Numbered from the stretch's first letter, positions 46,468 through 56,114 are shown. The stretch: DNA of 64,000 nt from Minisyncoccia bacterium (GCA_049997875.1 JBEKRC010000001.1:14775-78774), one strand, 5' to 3'. Numbers and translations: made by a program. Notes: generated by a model not told the origin, from the letters alone.

Positions 46468-46941
46468 ATGACCCTTTTTGAAATTCTCAAACAATTTAAA
46501 AATATAGAACCGGATGCCGCGTTCAAGGAAACTTCCAAGCGGGCGATTTTGGCTATGGAGCCGAAGGCGGCCGGATGGAGCGCGCAGCGGACTTTTTGGA
46601 AAATCATTGAAACCGGGGTGGCAGTGGCGCTTACTGGATTTTTCATATTGCTCATCACGGGCGCGTTCCCCGGATCAGAATTCTCCCCCGCCCGATATTC
46701 GGCCATTGACCCCCAGAGTCTCCGTGCGGAAGCGCAGGCGATTGATATCCAAATTCAGCTCGCCAATTTGAGCTACCGTTCGCCGGCGGCGGTTTCCACG
46801 GCGGCGGTCGCGGGAACAAAGCCCGGCAGCGCCATAACGGCGCCCACGGGCACGCTTCCCGCAGCGAATGGCACGGAGGCCACCTCAAGCGCCACTTCAA
46901 GCGTGAGCATTGATGATGCGCTCCGCAGCCTCTCTAAATAA
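46468..46941 (+). CDS. Putative single-TM anti-sigma factor
   Basis: Directly follows the ECF sigma. Short cytoplasmic N-terminus, TM, Ser/Thr-rich tail. Confidence 0.55.
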   Translation: MTLFEILKQFKNIEPDAAFKETSKRAILAMEPKAAGWSAQRTFWKIIETGVAVALTGFFILLITGAFPGSEFSPARYSAIDPQSLRAEAQAIDIQIQLANLSYRSPAAVSTAAVAGTKPGSAITAPTGTLPAANGTEATSSATSSVSIDDALRSLSK

Positions 46942-46948
46942 CATCGGC

Positions 46949-47731
46949 GTGAAAACCTTATCCGTCAAAACCATCGTGTTTTTGATCACGCTCCCAGTCG
47001 CCCTGGGAATTTTCCTTCTTGTGTCGCGGACGGCGCGCGCTGACGCAAGCGCTCGCGCATCCTGCGTCATCATGCCCGCCGACCTTGATGCCGTAACGGC
47101 AGCCGAAGCGCAGGGGCTTCTGGCCGAACTTGCGGCCCGGAAAGCGCTCCTCGCGAAAACAATCACGTGCGCCAAGGCCGACGTGCAAACGCTTGAGGAC
47201 GACCTGACGAGCGTCTCGTCAACGAGCGACGACGCAAAAACACTCCAGTCGCAACTTTTGGGAAGGCTCGGCGATGCGATGAACTATTACGACATTGAAC
47301 TTGTGAAAGTGAACGGTGCGGGCGTCGCGGGAACGCAGGCAGTCGCAAAAGAAGTGCTCGCGTGGCGGGCTTCCCATTACGATCCTCTCGCCGGGCAGGT
47401 GGCGAATTTCATACTTTGGTCAAAGAACCAGGATCTTTGGAGCGCCGCGGAGAGCCGGCTTCAGGGAATAGGAAACCTTATTTCGCTCCTCACGCAGGCG
47501 GCGCCGAACAATGACCTCCAAAGCGATTTTGCGAACGCCCAAGTGCTCGTCCAAACCGCGAGCGATGAAAACCAGGCGGCGAGAGATTCCCTCCTCCGTT
47601 CGCTGCCCCCCGACCAGTCGCTCTCAATCATCCAGCGATCGCTCCAATCGCTTTCCGGCGCCTACCAAAAGTTTTTTGACATCAGCACGATTGCGCAGAC
47701 GCTCCTGCCCACTGAAAAGACGGGCCAGTAG
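46949..47731 (+). CDS. Secreted alpha-helical hypothetical protein
   Basis: N-terminal hydrophobic/signal segment, helical body. Confidence 0.7.
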   Translation: MKTLSVKTIVFLITLPVALGIFLLVSRTARADASARASCVIMPADLDAVTAAEAQGLLAELAARKALLAKTITCAKADVQTLEDDLTSVSSTSDDAKTLQSQLLGRLGDAMNYYDIELVKVNGAGVAGTQAVAKEVLAWRASHYDPLAGQVANFILWSKNQDLWSAAESRLQGIGNLISLLTQAAPNNDLQSDFANAQVLVQTASDENQAARDSLLRSLPPDQSLSIIQRSLQSLSGAYQKFFDISTIAQTLLPTEKTGQ

Positions 47732-48333
47732 ATATCCTCCGCACCCGCCTTGAGGTCACAATTTACAACCTCATTTTTTTCGCCCGCTTGAAAACCAAAT
47801 GGTTCTTTGCCTGAATCGGTTTCTGGTAGCGGCTTCATAAGCTCTCTGATCGCCTCAAAAACGGCGTGGAACCTTTTATCATATCTCCTTTCCATATCTT
47901 CAACCTTTCGCGCAAGTTCCTTGTGCGCGGCGAGGAGAGTATGAAGGCGAACAAACGCCCTCACCACAAGGATGCTTGCCTCAACCGCCACGCGACTTTG
48001 CAAAACGCTCGCCAACATTACTGCGCCATGCTCGGTGAAAACATAAGGTGAATAACGAACGTTCCTTTTTGATGCGGTCGCAATTTGCGACCGCATCAAT
48101 TTTGGCAAATTTTCCGCCTCTTCTCCGGTCAACTGGAACATAAAATCCTCGGGAAAGCGACTCTTGTTCCGCTTCACTTGCTCATTGAGCCGCTTTGTGC
48201 CCACTTGATATATCGCAGCGAGATCCGCATCCAGCATGACGCGGCATCCCCGTACCATCAGTATTTTACTTTCTATGTTGCCCGTTCCGATGCCTCCCTT
48301 TTGAGTAATCGCCGCTGCAACTTGTTTCTTCAT
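47662..48333 (-). CDS. ORF6N (KilA-N-like) domain protein, second paralog
   Basis: RGCRVMLDADLA, VKRNKSRFPEDFMFQL, PYVFTEHGAVMLASVL. Confidence 0.9.
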   Translation of the reverse strand: MKKQVAAAITQKGGIGTGNIESKILMVRGCRVMLDADLAAIYQVGTKRLNEQVKRNKSRFPEDFMFQLTGEEAENLPKLMRSQIATASKRNVRYSPYVFTEHGAVMLASVLQSRVAVEASILVVRAFVRLHTLLAAHKELARKVEDMERRYDKRFHAVFEAIRELMKPLPETDSGKEPFGFQAGEKNEVVNCDLKAGAEDIYWPVFSVGRSVCAIVLMSKNFW

Positions 48334-48393
48334 GCCACAATTATACGCACCGGACATTAAATCATTCTAAATTTGGTTCGTGCGCAGAAACGC

Positions 48394-48422
48394 GAAGGGC
48401 CCCGCGCGTGCAGGGGCCCTTC
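48394..48422 (-). terminator. Terminator-like hairpin after HU
   Basis: GAAGGGCCCC/GGGGCCCTTC. Confidence 0.55.
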
Positions 48423-48453
48423 CGGCTAAACAGAACAAAGGATCCTTTGTTCG

Positions 48454-48729
48454 CTACAATACCGCTTCTTTGAGAAGCTTGCCGGCCCGGAACTTCGGCT
48501 TCGTGGAGGCCTTGATCTGGATCTTCTCGCCCGTCTTCGGATTCCGGCCCTCGCGCGCGGCGCGCTTCGCAACGCGGAATGTCCCGAAGCCCGTGACCGC
48601 CACTTCCTCGCCGTGGCTCATGGTCTTCACAATCGTGTCAAACACGGCATCCACCGCCCGCTCCGCCGCCGCTTTCGTCTCAATCTCCGCGGCTTTCATC
48701 ACCTCCTCAACCAATCCTTTTTTGTTCAT
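48454..48729 (-). CDS. hup: HU family DNA-binding protein
   Basis: MNKKGLV, GFGTF, RAAREGRNPKTGE, PKFRAGKLLKEAV. Confidence 0.97.
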   Translation of the reverse strand: MNKKGLVEEVMKAAEIETKAAAERAVDAVFDTIVKTMSHGEEVAVTGFGTFRVAKRAAREGRNPKTGEKIQIKASTKPKFRAGKLLKEAVL

Positions 48730-48805
48730 TGATGATGGTTACTGTTTCCGACCTTTATTTGGTTCCCCATAAGTATAGCAAATACAAGGGGGAATGGCGA
48801 CAACG

Positions 48806-48833
48806 CAAAAGGCCCCCTTGCGGGGGCCTTTTG
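48806..48833 (-). terminator. Terminator of the S-layer-like gene
   Basis: CAAAAGGCCCCC-GCAA-GGGGGCCTTTTG (minus strand). Confidence 0.75.
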
Positions 48834-48874
48834 GCATTCCCGTCCGTCACAAGCGGAGAGGTCAGATCAAACAA

Positions 48875-51800
48875 CTACGAGTTCTGTTGGAACTGGACGT
48901 TGAAGACCTGGAGCGGAGTGGTGATTGCCGGCGTCAGAGTGACACCAGTCACAGTCGTGCTGTTGGAATTCGTGCCATCCGTGTACTGGATAGACGTTGC
49001 AGCACTGACCGTACCGGCCAGACTGACGGAGTTGTTGCTTCCCGCCACTACCGTGTTGTCCTGGTCGTCAGCATACAACTGGAAGGTAACCGGGCTGCCA
49101 TTGACCTGGAAGCCGTTGATGCCGACACCGAAACTCCACGTTATCGTGCAGCTCTGGCTGGCACAACTCGTTGTCGCGGGCGTGTACTTCGTCCCGTTCA
49201 GGTAGAGGTACGTGCTCGTCGCAAACGCGGTCGCAACGGCGCTCGTCGCCGAGATCGCCGATCCCGAGAGGGTGATCGTCGTCGTATTGACGGCGACTGA
49301 CCCGCTGTTAATCGGCGTAAATGTTACCGTCGCAAGCTGGTCAGACGTGCTCTTCGGACGGCTGCTAACGCTGCCGTTAACCGCGCCCGAGAAGCTCAAG
49401 ACGTTCTGCAAGACCGTTTGCTGCGTGCCCGCCGCGCTGGAGAGCGTGACGCCCGTAGAAATGTTGGACGTATTGCCCAACGCAACGACCGTAGCAATCG
49501 CAGTCGCTTGAGCCGTCGAAGTCGCGACTTCAAACGTGTGGATTGCGCCATCCGTAACATTTCCCGCTGAGTACGAATTCACGCCGCCCTTAAGGGTAAG
49601 CGCGAGCGTACCATTCTGCGGGATGACGAACGGACTGGGAGTGCCGCCAAACGAGAAGTGGTAGAGGAAGGCATTCTGGCCACTAACCACAGTTGCGCCG
49701 ACATACGTAGCCGCGTTGCCGACCTGTGTTGAACCGTTCCACAGGGTCAGGGTACCGAACGACGGCAAGACGTTCGCCGTGTTCGTCGCCACGCCCAAGG
49801 TAGACGTCGTCAAGGCATCAGCCACATATAAGTCGGTCACTCTCACAGGCTCAATGTTCTTCGTTTCCTGGAAGTTGAACGCTGCGAGTGTGTTGTTGTT
49901 CGTACCCATCGAAAGCTGGCTAACCGAAGGATTGTATCCTTGGTTAGTCGAAACCGTGATGGAAGTCCCGCTGGTTGCAACTGTCAAGGACTGCCCCCTC
50001 GTAATACCGCTGCACGAAAGAGCGCTGTATGAAACAACACTCGTCCCGGAACAGCCGGTAAGAGAAGAGGCGGGAGACTGGCTAGATGCTCCAGAAAGGA
50101 TATCGGCATAGACATCCACGTTCGTTGTCTGTCCTGCGGCAATCGTGAATGGCGAGCCGGAGAACGTATATGTTCCCGCGTCAGCCACAACGCCCTGCGT
50201 CGTGCCGAACTGCGTGCCGCCAATCATGACCTTCATGTTCTGGATGTCGCCAGAGCCAGTGCTGCTCGGTGCCGGCTTGAGGCTTATCGTATTGATCTGC
50301 ACGCCGCTCGCGGACGAAGCCGTGAACGAGTAGGAGCCGATGTGAACGCCAGTGCTGTTTGGCGTAACGGTCTGATTGCCGTAGGCAGAGTTCGCGGCAA
50401 TCGAGAGCAAGCTGGACTGCAGCGAGAGCGCGCTGCCCGATGCGCCGGACGAAGAACCCGGCTGGCTTGAGGTCAAGCCCTGCAGGTTGCTGGCGGTCTC
50501 GGCCAAGAGGGAAGCCGCTATCGTGAGGAAGCTTGCCGTGGACTGGATGTCGGCCTTCAAGGACAACACCCGGGTTGTGTTCGCCGGAATGATGTAGTTG
50601 ATCGGCGAATTGTTCGTGCCGAAGCAGTCAACGTAGTTACCGCTGGTTGCCTTAAAGGTACCGTCCGTGGCGCTGTTTATGATGGTATTCGTACCAGTGT
50701 CACAAGTGTTGCCCGACGGAGGCGTGTTGATGGTGGTACCCACCTGACCGCCTGCATCGTCAACGAGCGATATGTTCTTGAGCATGTTGCTCAACGCAAG
50801 CACGCCGGAACTCGTCGTCACGCTAGTGAGCGCGATCTGGAAGCCGAGGAATTTCACCTTGACCGGCTCGCCAGCCGCGTAGATGTCAAACTTCGCGAGC
50901 ACGACGCCGGACTGGCCGACCGCAATGTTGCCGGTCGGGGTCGCGGAGTCCTGCGAGACCGTGATCTGGCCCTGCTGGATGCCTACCTGCGTGCCCGCAC
51001 CACCCACCACCGATACCGAGATCGGGACGTTGTACTGCGAGTCAACCGCGTAGACGTCGTAGGAGTTCAAGATCTCGAACGCGAAGTTCTTTGAAGGAGA
51101 ACCCATGACATCCGCAAACACCTGGACGTTGTTGCTCCCGGTGTTTATGCTCGCCGGAGAGGACGAGAGGTCAAAGTAGGCCACCCCGTTCGCGCCGACG
51201 GTCGCCAAGGCGGAACCCACCTGCGCGCCGTTCACATTAAGCTTCACGTTCCGGATGTCGGCGTTGTTTGCCGAACCGATGACCGTGAACTTGATGCCTT
51301 TGAGGTACGTCAGGCTGTTCTGGCCCGTGAATGTCCAGGCGCCGACGATGTTATTCTGCGTACCCGCCGTAACCTGCGTCGCGATGGACGAAGACGCCGT
51401 CGTCAACGACGCAAGGGACGGGTTGCTGACCGTCGTTACTGTGAAGATGCTGCCGGTGAGCGGGAACGCGCCGGACGGCGTGATCGCGTTGTTGGACGCG
51501 TCAACCGCCGTGATGTCCGAGGCCGCGCTTACCGCAAATCCCACCGTGTTGCCGGAGGCAAGATTCGTTGAGGGGTCAATCGCCACCCAGAGGGTCTGCG
51601 TCTGGCCGGCTGAGACCGAAAGGGCCAAGCCGGAGAAGTCAATGACGCCTTTGTTAAGCGACGTGTACTGGTAGAGCACCTGGCCGTTCTGGACCAAGTA
51701 CGCGCCAGCGATAGAGCTGTCCGAAAGGACGCCCGTCTTGTGGACTTTAACGTCCGTTACCGTCACCGCGCCCGAGTTGGACGCCGTAAGGTTAATGGCC

Positions 51801-52429
51801 AAGACCGGAACGCGCGCCGCTGCCGCCGATTGGGAAGAGACGAGCGAACCAGCCGCCGGATTGGACGAACTAAGAGAAACCGCGAGGCCGGTCGCCGGCG
51901 GAGTCACCGTCGTCGTCGTGGTACCCGAAGCACACGACTGACCAGTCGTCGGGCTGTAACCGGACGACGAAGTGCAACCAGCTGGATAGCTAGTCGTCGT
52001 GGTAGTCGTGCCAACGGTCATAGAATTCACGAATGCTCTGGTTATAGGACCAAAGTATCCGGCTGCAGGAGAAATACCGTTCGCCGCCTGGAACTTTCCG
52101 AGGGCTGCCTGGGTTAGAGAACCAAAGTAGCCTGTCGGAGCCGAGACCGCGGTAAGGTATCCCTTGTTAATCAGGAGCTGCTGGAGCGCGGTCACGTCAG
52201 CACCCCTTGAACCAACGGTGAGGTCGCTGGTGAAGGAGTACGAAGATCCCGTGCCCTGCGTGCTTCCCAATTGTGCCTGCAACTGTTGGATCTGCGCGAG
52301 CAAAGCCGTGATCTGAGCCTGAAGGCCAGATGCGGTCTGTGCGTTCGCGAGAGGAAGGGCGGCAATCCCCAGCGCCCACACCACTGTGGTCGCCGTGAGT
52401 GCCACCGAAATCAATTTTTTACTATTCAT
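48875..52429 (-). CDS. Large secreted Ser/Thr/Gly-rich S-layer-like protein with peptidoglycan-binding domain
   Basis: Signal peptide, LQAQI..L..QI coiled coil, DLTVGSRGADVTALQQLL...GYFGSLT, repeated beta-rich domains. Confidence 0.85.
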   Translation of the reverse strand: MNSKKLISVALTATTVVWALGIAALPLANAQTASGLQAQITALLAQIQQLQAQLGSTQGTGSSYSFTSDLTVGSRGADVTALQQLLINKGYLTAVSAPTGYFGSLTQAALGKFQAANGISPAAGYFGPITRAFVNSMTVGTTTTTTSYPAGCTSSSGYSPTTGQSCASGTTTTTVTPPATGLAVSLSSSNPAAGSLVSSQSAAAARVPVLAINLTASNSGAVTVTDVKVHKTGVLSDSSIAGAYLVQNGQVLYQYTSLNKGVIDFSGLALSVSAGQTQTLWVAIDPSTNLASGNTVGFAVSAASDITAVDASNNAITPSGAFPLTGSIFTVTTVSNPSLASLTTASSSIATQVTAGTQNNIVGAWTFTGQNSLTYLKGIKFTVIGSANNADIRNVKLNVNGAQVGSALATVGANGVAYFDLSSSPASINTGSNNVQVFADVMGSPSKNFAFEILNSYDVYAVDSQYNVPISVSVVGGAGTQVGIQQGQITVSQDSATPTGNIAVGQSGVVLAKFDIYAAGEPVKVKFLGFQIALTSVTTSSGVLALSNMLKNISLVDDAGGQVGTTINTPPSGNTCDTGTNTIINSATDGTFKATSGNYVDCFGTNNSPINYIIPANTTRVLSLKADIQSTASFLTIAASLLAETASNLQGLTSSQPGSSSGASGSALSLQSSLLSIAANSAYGNQTVTPNSTGVHIGSYSFTASSASGVQINTISLKPAPSSTGSGDIQNMKVMIGGTQFGTTQGVVADAGTYTFSGSPFTIAAGQTTNVDVYADILSGASSQSPASSLTGCSGTSVVSYSALSCSGITRGQSLTVATSGTSITVSTNQGYNPSVSQLSMGTNNNTLAAFNFQETKNIEPVRVTDLYVADALTTSTLGVATNTANVLPSFGTLTLWNGSTQVGNAATYVGATVVSGQNAFLYHFSFGGTPSPFVIPQNGTLALTLKGGVNSYSAGNVTDGAIHTFEVATSTAQATAIATVVALGNTSNISTGVTLSSAAGTQQTVLQNVLSFSGAVNGSVSSRPKSTSDQLATVTFTPINSGSVAVNTTTITLSGSAISATSAVATAFATSTYLYLNGTKYTPATTSCASQSCTITWSFGVGINGFQVNGSPVTFQLYADDQDNTVVAGSNNSVSLAGTVSAATSIQYTDGTNSNSTTVTGVTLTPAITTPLQVFNVQFQQNS

Positions 52430-52594
52430 TGAGTAATTTGTTTTTCGACTGTTTATCTGATATCGGCCATTTGGCCGTCGACCTTTCTGTTGTTTTGCTT
52501 ATGTCTGGACCGTTTTCCCCACCCTTGTCCGCGATCGCTGTGAGGTTGCGACAGCGGGAAGAATGAAGAAAACGGGGTCGTAGCTATAAAAATG

Positions 52595-52738
52595 AAAAAA
52601 CTCGCTTTTAGCGAGGCCGGTTGTTCTAGTAAACCTAGTTTCTAGGAAACCTAATTTCCAGCGCACCAGAAACTAAGTTTCCTGGGGTTCCCAGTTACTA
52701 GGGGTCCAGCCTCACACTGAACCGTTACTCATATTATA
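52595..52738 (-). promoter_or_regulatory. -10 box plus antiterminator/terminator-like leader of the S-layer-like gene
   Basis: TATAAT 52733-52738. Long hairpin closed by 52706-52715/52611-52620, overlapping CTCGCT/AGCGAG plus T6. Confidence 0.45.
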
Positions 52739-53384
52739 ACGCGTCTACAGGGGAAAGGTTACCACTTTCTTGCCGAATCCGGTACAACATGGCAGGCCCT
52801 CCGCCCCCGACCCTTTCTATGCGATTTTGCTCAAGAAGGGATTGGAGGTCGTATCGGATCGTTCTTTCGCTGCAACCCGACAAAAGTTCCTGTATATCCT
52901 TAATCCGGCAATTGCCGGATTGCCGGATTTTTTCGAGAATTGCCGATTGTCGCATCGCGGCTTTTGCATTGTTTGCCGAATTATGTGCATTTTCAGCTTC
53001 TTCGCTGTGTTGCCGCTTTGCCGGAAACAAAACATCTTGCTCGTCAAAAATATCTCCAAGCGGAACCTCGCTGATTTCTGCCGGTTTCTCCGATCCGGCA
53101 ATTGCCGCATTCAACACGCCGACCTGAAAAGCCAACGTCTCTCCGTTCGCTTTATGGATCAAGCCTACATCGCTCCCAAATCGTACGAGATGCTCAATGA
53201 CGCCAGAAATCGTCGCCATGAGGCCATAATTTCCGACCACGGCAGCATCCAAAAGGGACAGCGCTTGCCTTTCCAGAGATTCCTTGAGGGCCGCACTTGT
53301 AGATCTTGAACATACGCGGAAGATCGCGTAGCTGATTTCATATGCTTTCTTGAGCGCGAGCTTATTTTTGCCGGTTTCTTCCAT
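52734..53384 (-). CDS. Helical N-terminal domain plus C-terminal DeoR-type winged HTH protein
   Basis: RQSAILEKIRQ..CRIKDIQELL.GCSERTIRYDLQSLLEQNRIERVG. Confidence 0.85.
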   Translation of the reverse strand: MEETGKNKLALKKAYEISYAIFRVCSRSTSAALKESLERQALSLLDAAVVGNYGLMATISGVIEHLVRFGSDVGLIHKANGETLAFQVGVLNAAIAGSEKPAEISEVPLGDIFDEQDVLFPAKRQHSEEAENAHNSANNAKAAMRQSAILEKIRQSGNCRIKDIQELLSGCSERTIRYDLQSLLEQNRIERVGGGGPAMLYRIRQESGNLSPVDAL

Positions 53385-53456
53385 ACGGCAAAGCATAATC
53401 CGGCAATGTGGCAACCGTCAAGAGGCAACGGAGGCGAAAATACTTTAACCAAAGGC

Positions 53457-54512
53457 TCATTTTTGCGTTACATAGTTATAATAGTTATATACGAGACTAG
53501 AGATACCTTTTAGGATAGAAGTTAGTTTTGTGAGATCGTTTCCCTTGGTCATAATACAGAGCGCATAAGGGTCGTTCGGAGCGTACACGATGCCGCAGTC
53601 ATGCAATTCGATTGCTTGGATAGTAGTGCTTGAAGCGTCAACGCGCTCACCGTACTTTTGGGCCACTTCTGTCCCTTGGGGAACGCCCGCCGATATACCA
53701 TCGTGATAAGTGGATTGACTCATGAGCGAGAGGGATATTTCAGAGTACCGTTCAGATAAATAGGTGGCATTATATAGAATCCTTAAGAAATTGATGTATT
53801 GGGCCGGTGAGAGCGTATAATCCCCGGTCACGGTGTCGGGACTTCGTATGCCTAAGTCAATGTATGCCTGATCTAGTATCGTATGGTCGACATTGTCAAT
53901 GAGCAGGGTTTCCGCACCATTATCGGAATTGGCGATCATGCTTTGCATCAATTGATTAATGGGATAATAAGTCCCAACTTTCAAGTTTGTGGGAAGATCG
54001 AAGGCTAAGGAATTTACTTGTTGGTTGACCGCATTATTGTAGAGCAGGGTGCTGTTTAGAATAGGGGGGTTCAACTCGGCCTCTCTGAAATACGCCATCA
54101 TGATCAAAACTTTAAGCAGGCTTCCTGGATGATATTGAACATCTTGACTCTCTTGGGCCCATGTAGCTTGAGAAAAATTTCTAACAGCGACCGAAATGCT
54201 TTGAGCGTTTCGGCTCTGGTACTGGGTTTCCACATAGTTATGGATCGCCGTTTCTAAACCATGGTCTTCAAAAAATTGTTTTACATCTCCCAAATCATAG
54301 TAAAGCAAAGGATAAATGAAATGGTATTCTTGATTATTCTCACGGATCGGCTTTATGGTCAGGATCTCTTGCTTCATCAAATTCGTTGTGTGCATGTATG
54401 CTATCGCGTAGCCCAAACTAAAAGTGATAATAAAAAAAAGCCCCAAGGACACCACCATCTTTTTAAGGGAGAGCTTATATAACCTTCTTGCTTTCTTATC
54501 TGGGGACGGCAT
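53457..54512 (-). CDS. Class A beta-lactamase-related serine hydrolase, membrane anchored
   Basis: SLLK (SxxK), SDN, KYG, LHDCGIVY, low GC. Confidence 0.88.
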   Translation of the reverse strand: MPSPDKKARRLYKLSLKKMVVSLGLFFIITFSLGYAIAYMHTTNLMKQEILTIKPIRENNQEYHFIYPLLYYDLGDVKQFFEDHGLETAIHNYVETQYQSRNAQSISVAVRNFSQATWAQESQDVQYHPGSLLKVLIMMAYFREAELNPPILNSTLLYNNAVNQQVNSLAFDLPTNLKVGTYYPINQLMQSMIANSDNGAETLLIDNVDHTILDQAYIDLGIRSPDTVTGDYTLSPAQYINFLRILYNATYLSERYSEISLSLMSQSTYHDGISAGVPQGTEVAQKYGERVDASSTTIQAIELHDCGIVYAPNDPYALCIMTKGNDLTKLTSILKGISSLVYNYYNYVTQK

Positions 54513-54546
54513 AGATAGATCTTTGATGCGTTTATTCTAACAAAAA

Positions 54547-55380
54547 TCAAGTCAGATTTCCATCTCTGGTCGCCCACGATTTTGGTTTTTTCTTGAGGAA
54601 CTCTTCGGCTTCCCGAAGTTTTTCAAGGGTGCCGCAATCCAGGCGCCGGCCGGGGAACTCCCAGCCGTAAAGTTTGTTCTTCAGAATAAGGTCTATCTGC
54701 AACGCGACCGCGAGCGGCAAGGCGTCGTCCGCAACGACGGGAAGGGTATCCGCCACCATCCTAAGATTTCTCAAAATCTCCGGCGTAAGAACATATCCCC
54801 CCACGATGATGAGATTGGAGGGCGCTTCCTCCCTTTTCGGCTTCTCCACGATTTTGTTCAACCGGTACACCTTTCCGCCTTGGAAAACAGGGAGCTTCCT
54901 CGCCTCTTCAAATCCCACGACCCCGAACCGCGAAACTTTGCTCTTGGGAACGCGCTCAAGAAGCAGCACGGACGCTTTGTACTTGTGAAAAAGGTCCAAT
55001 AGGCCGCCGAGAACCGGCGGATCGCCCAGGACGATATCATCGCAGAAACGAACAGCGAACGGTTCGTCCCTAAGAATGTCGTAGGCCTTTGCGATAGCAT
55101 GCCCGTTCCCCCCGGGCGTTTCCTGGATCCTCGCATGGAATGTGAGTGTGGGGAACCTCTTCCGATTTTTCCGCACATATGCGGCGAAATCCCCGCGGTG
55201 CTTCGGGTTTATCACCAATATGACGTCTTGTATCCCGCAGGAAACCGCCTCGTCCAGCACGTACTCCAAAAGAGGCCTCCCGTTCACGGGAATAAGGTTC
55301 TTGGGCATGTGTCTGGTGAGGGGCAAAAGCCGCTTCCCAACTCCCGCAATGGGCAGTACCAGCTTCGTTACCTTTCTCAT
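54547..55380 (-). CDS. galU: UTP--glucose-1-phosphate uridylyltransferase family
   Basis: LPIAGVGKRLLPLT..PK, QETPGGNGHA, VEKP, LDCGT. Confidence 0.8.
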   Translation of the reverse strand: MRKVTKLVLPIAGVGKRLLPLTRHMPKNLIPVNGRPLLEYVLDEAVSCGIQDVILVINPKHRGDFAAYVRKNRKRFPTLTFHARIQETPGGNGHAIAKAYDILRDEPFAVRFCDDIVLGDPPVLGGLLDLFHKYKASVLLLERVPKSKVSRFGVVGFEEARKLPVFQGGKVYRLNKIVEKPKREEAPSNLIIVGGYVLTPEILRNLRMVADTLPVVADDALPLAVALQIDLILKNKLYGWEFPGRRLDCGTLEKLREAEEFLKKKPKSWATRDGNLT

Positions 55381-55409
55381 GGCAACAATGGTTCCATTAT
55401 ACTCTATTT

Positions 55410-56114
55410 CTATAATCCCCATTGCGCCGAGCCCACGACGATTGTGAGGAGTGCAAAAAGGACCATTGCCGTGACAAGGATTTTCTTTCTTGAAATCCCG
55501 CCCGCAAGATGCTCGGGAACCGTATCAACAAGAAAAAAGGCGATCAGGAACACGAGGAGCGATTGGGCAATAAAATCAAGGGGAAGAAAAAGACCCACGA
55601 TGATCGCCTGCACAAGGAGCACGAAGGAGAGGAAAAGGGCAACCGGCTCCTCGCGGGACGCCATGCCGCCGGAAGCGCGCACCAAGCTGCGCAGGAGGAG
55701 AACGATCGCCGCGGCCACGAGGAATGCGTACCAAAGCGCCACGCCTTGGGCTCCTTCATCAAACCGCACGTACAGGGCGCGCAGGAGGAGAAAGGACAAC
55801 ACAAGCACGAGAAGCTCGTACAGGGACCGGCGATCAATGACCAAGAGATCTTTGATGAGGAAAATAACATAGAGCGCCGCACCGAACACAACCGCGAAAA
55901 ATGGCGTGGGCGGTTGGACGTACGCGAGCACAAGGAGCACAAAAAAAGGGAATGCCAGCTTTCCGGACTGGAACGGCGGCACAAAATAAAGATACAGCGC
56001 GACCAAAAAGAAAAGCGGGAACGGGAGCCAGAGCCACGCGAGCGCGAAAACCGCGGCCTTAAGAACTAAAGACCAGTGAATCCGCCTTAAAATTGACTTT
56101 AACTTTGCCGCCAT
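55410..56114 (-). CDS. Polytopic membrane protein
   Basis: About 8 hydrophobic segments. 5' end overlaps the clpB 3' end. Confidence 0.75.
   Translation of the reverse strand: MAAKLKSILRRIHWSLVLKAAVFALAWLWLPFPLFFLVALYLYFVPPFQSGKLAFPFFVLLVLAYVQPPTPFFAVVFGAALYVIFLIKDLLVIDRRSLYELLVLVLSFLLLRALYVRFDEGAQGVALWYAFLVAAAIVLLLRSLVRASGGMASREEPVALFLSFVLLVQAIIVGLFLPLDFIAQSLLVFLIAFFLVDTVPEHLAGGISRKKILVTAMVLFALLTIVVGSAQWGL

Noticed and set aside
52734-53384. Helical N-terminus as a DGR Avd-like accessory protein
   Set aside because: No reverse transcriptase or TR/VR pair is present in the window.
53457-54512. Bona fide antibiotic-resistance beta-lactamase
   Set aside because: It has KYG instead of KTG, no clear omega-loop Glu, and a membrane anchor. 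Only a related serine hydrolase can be supported.
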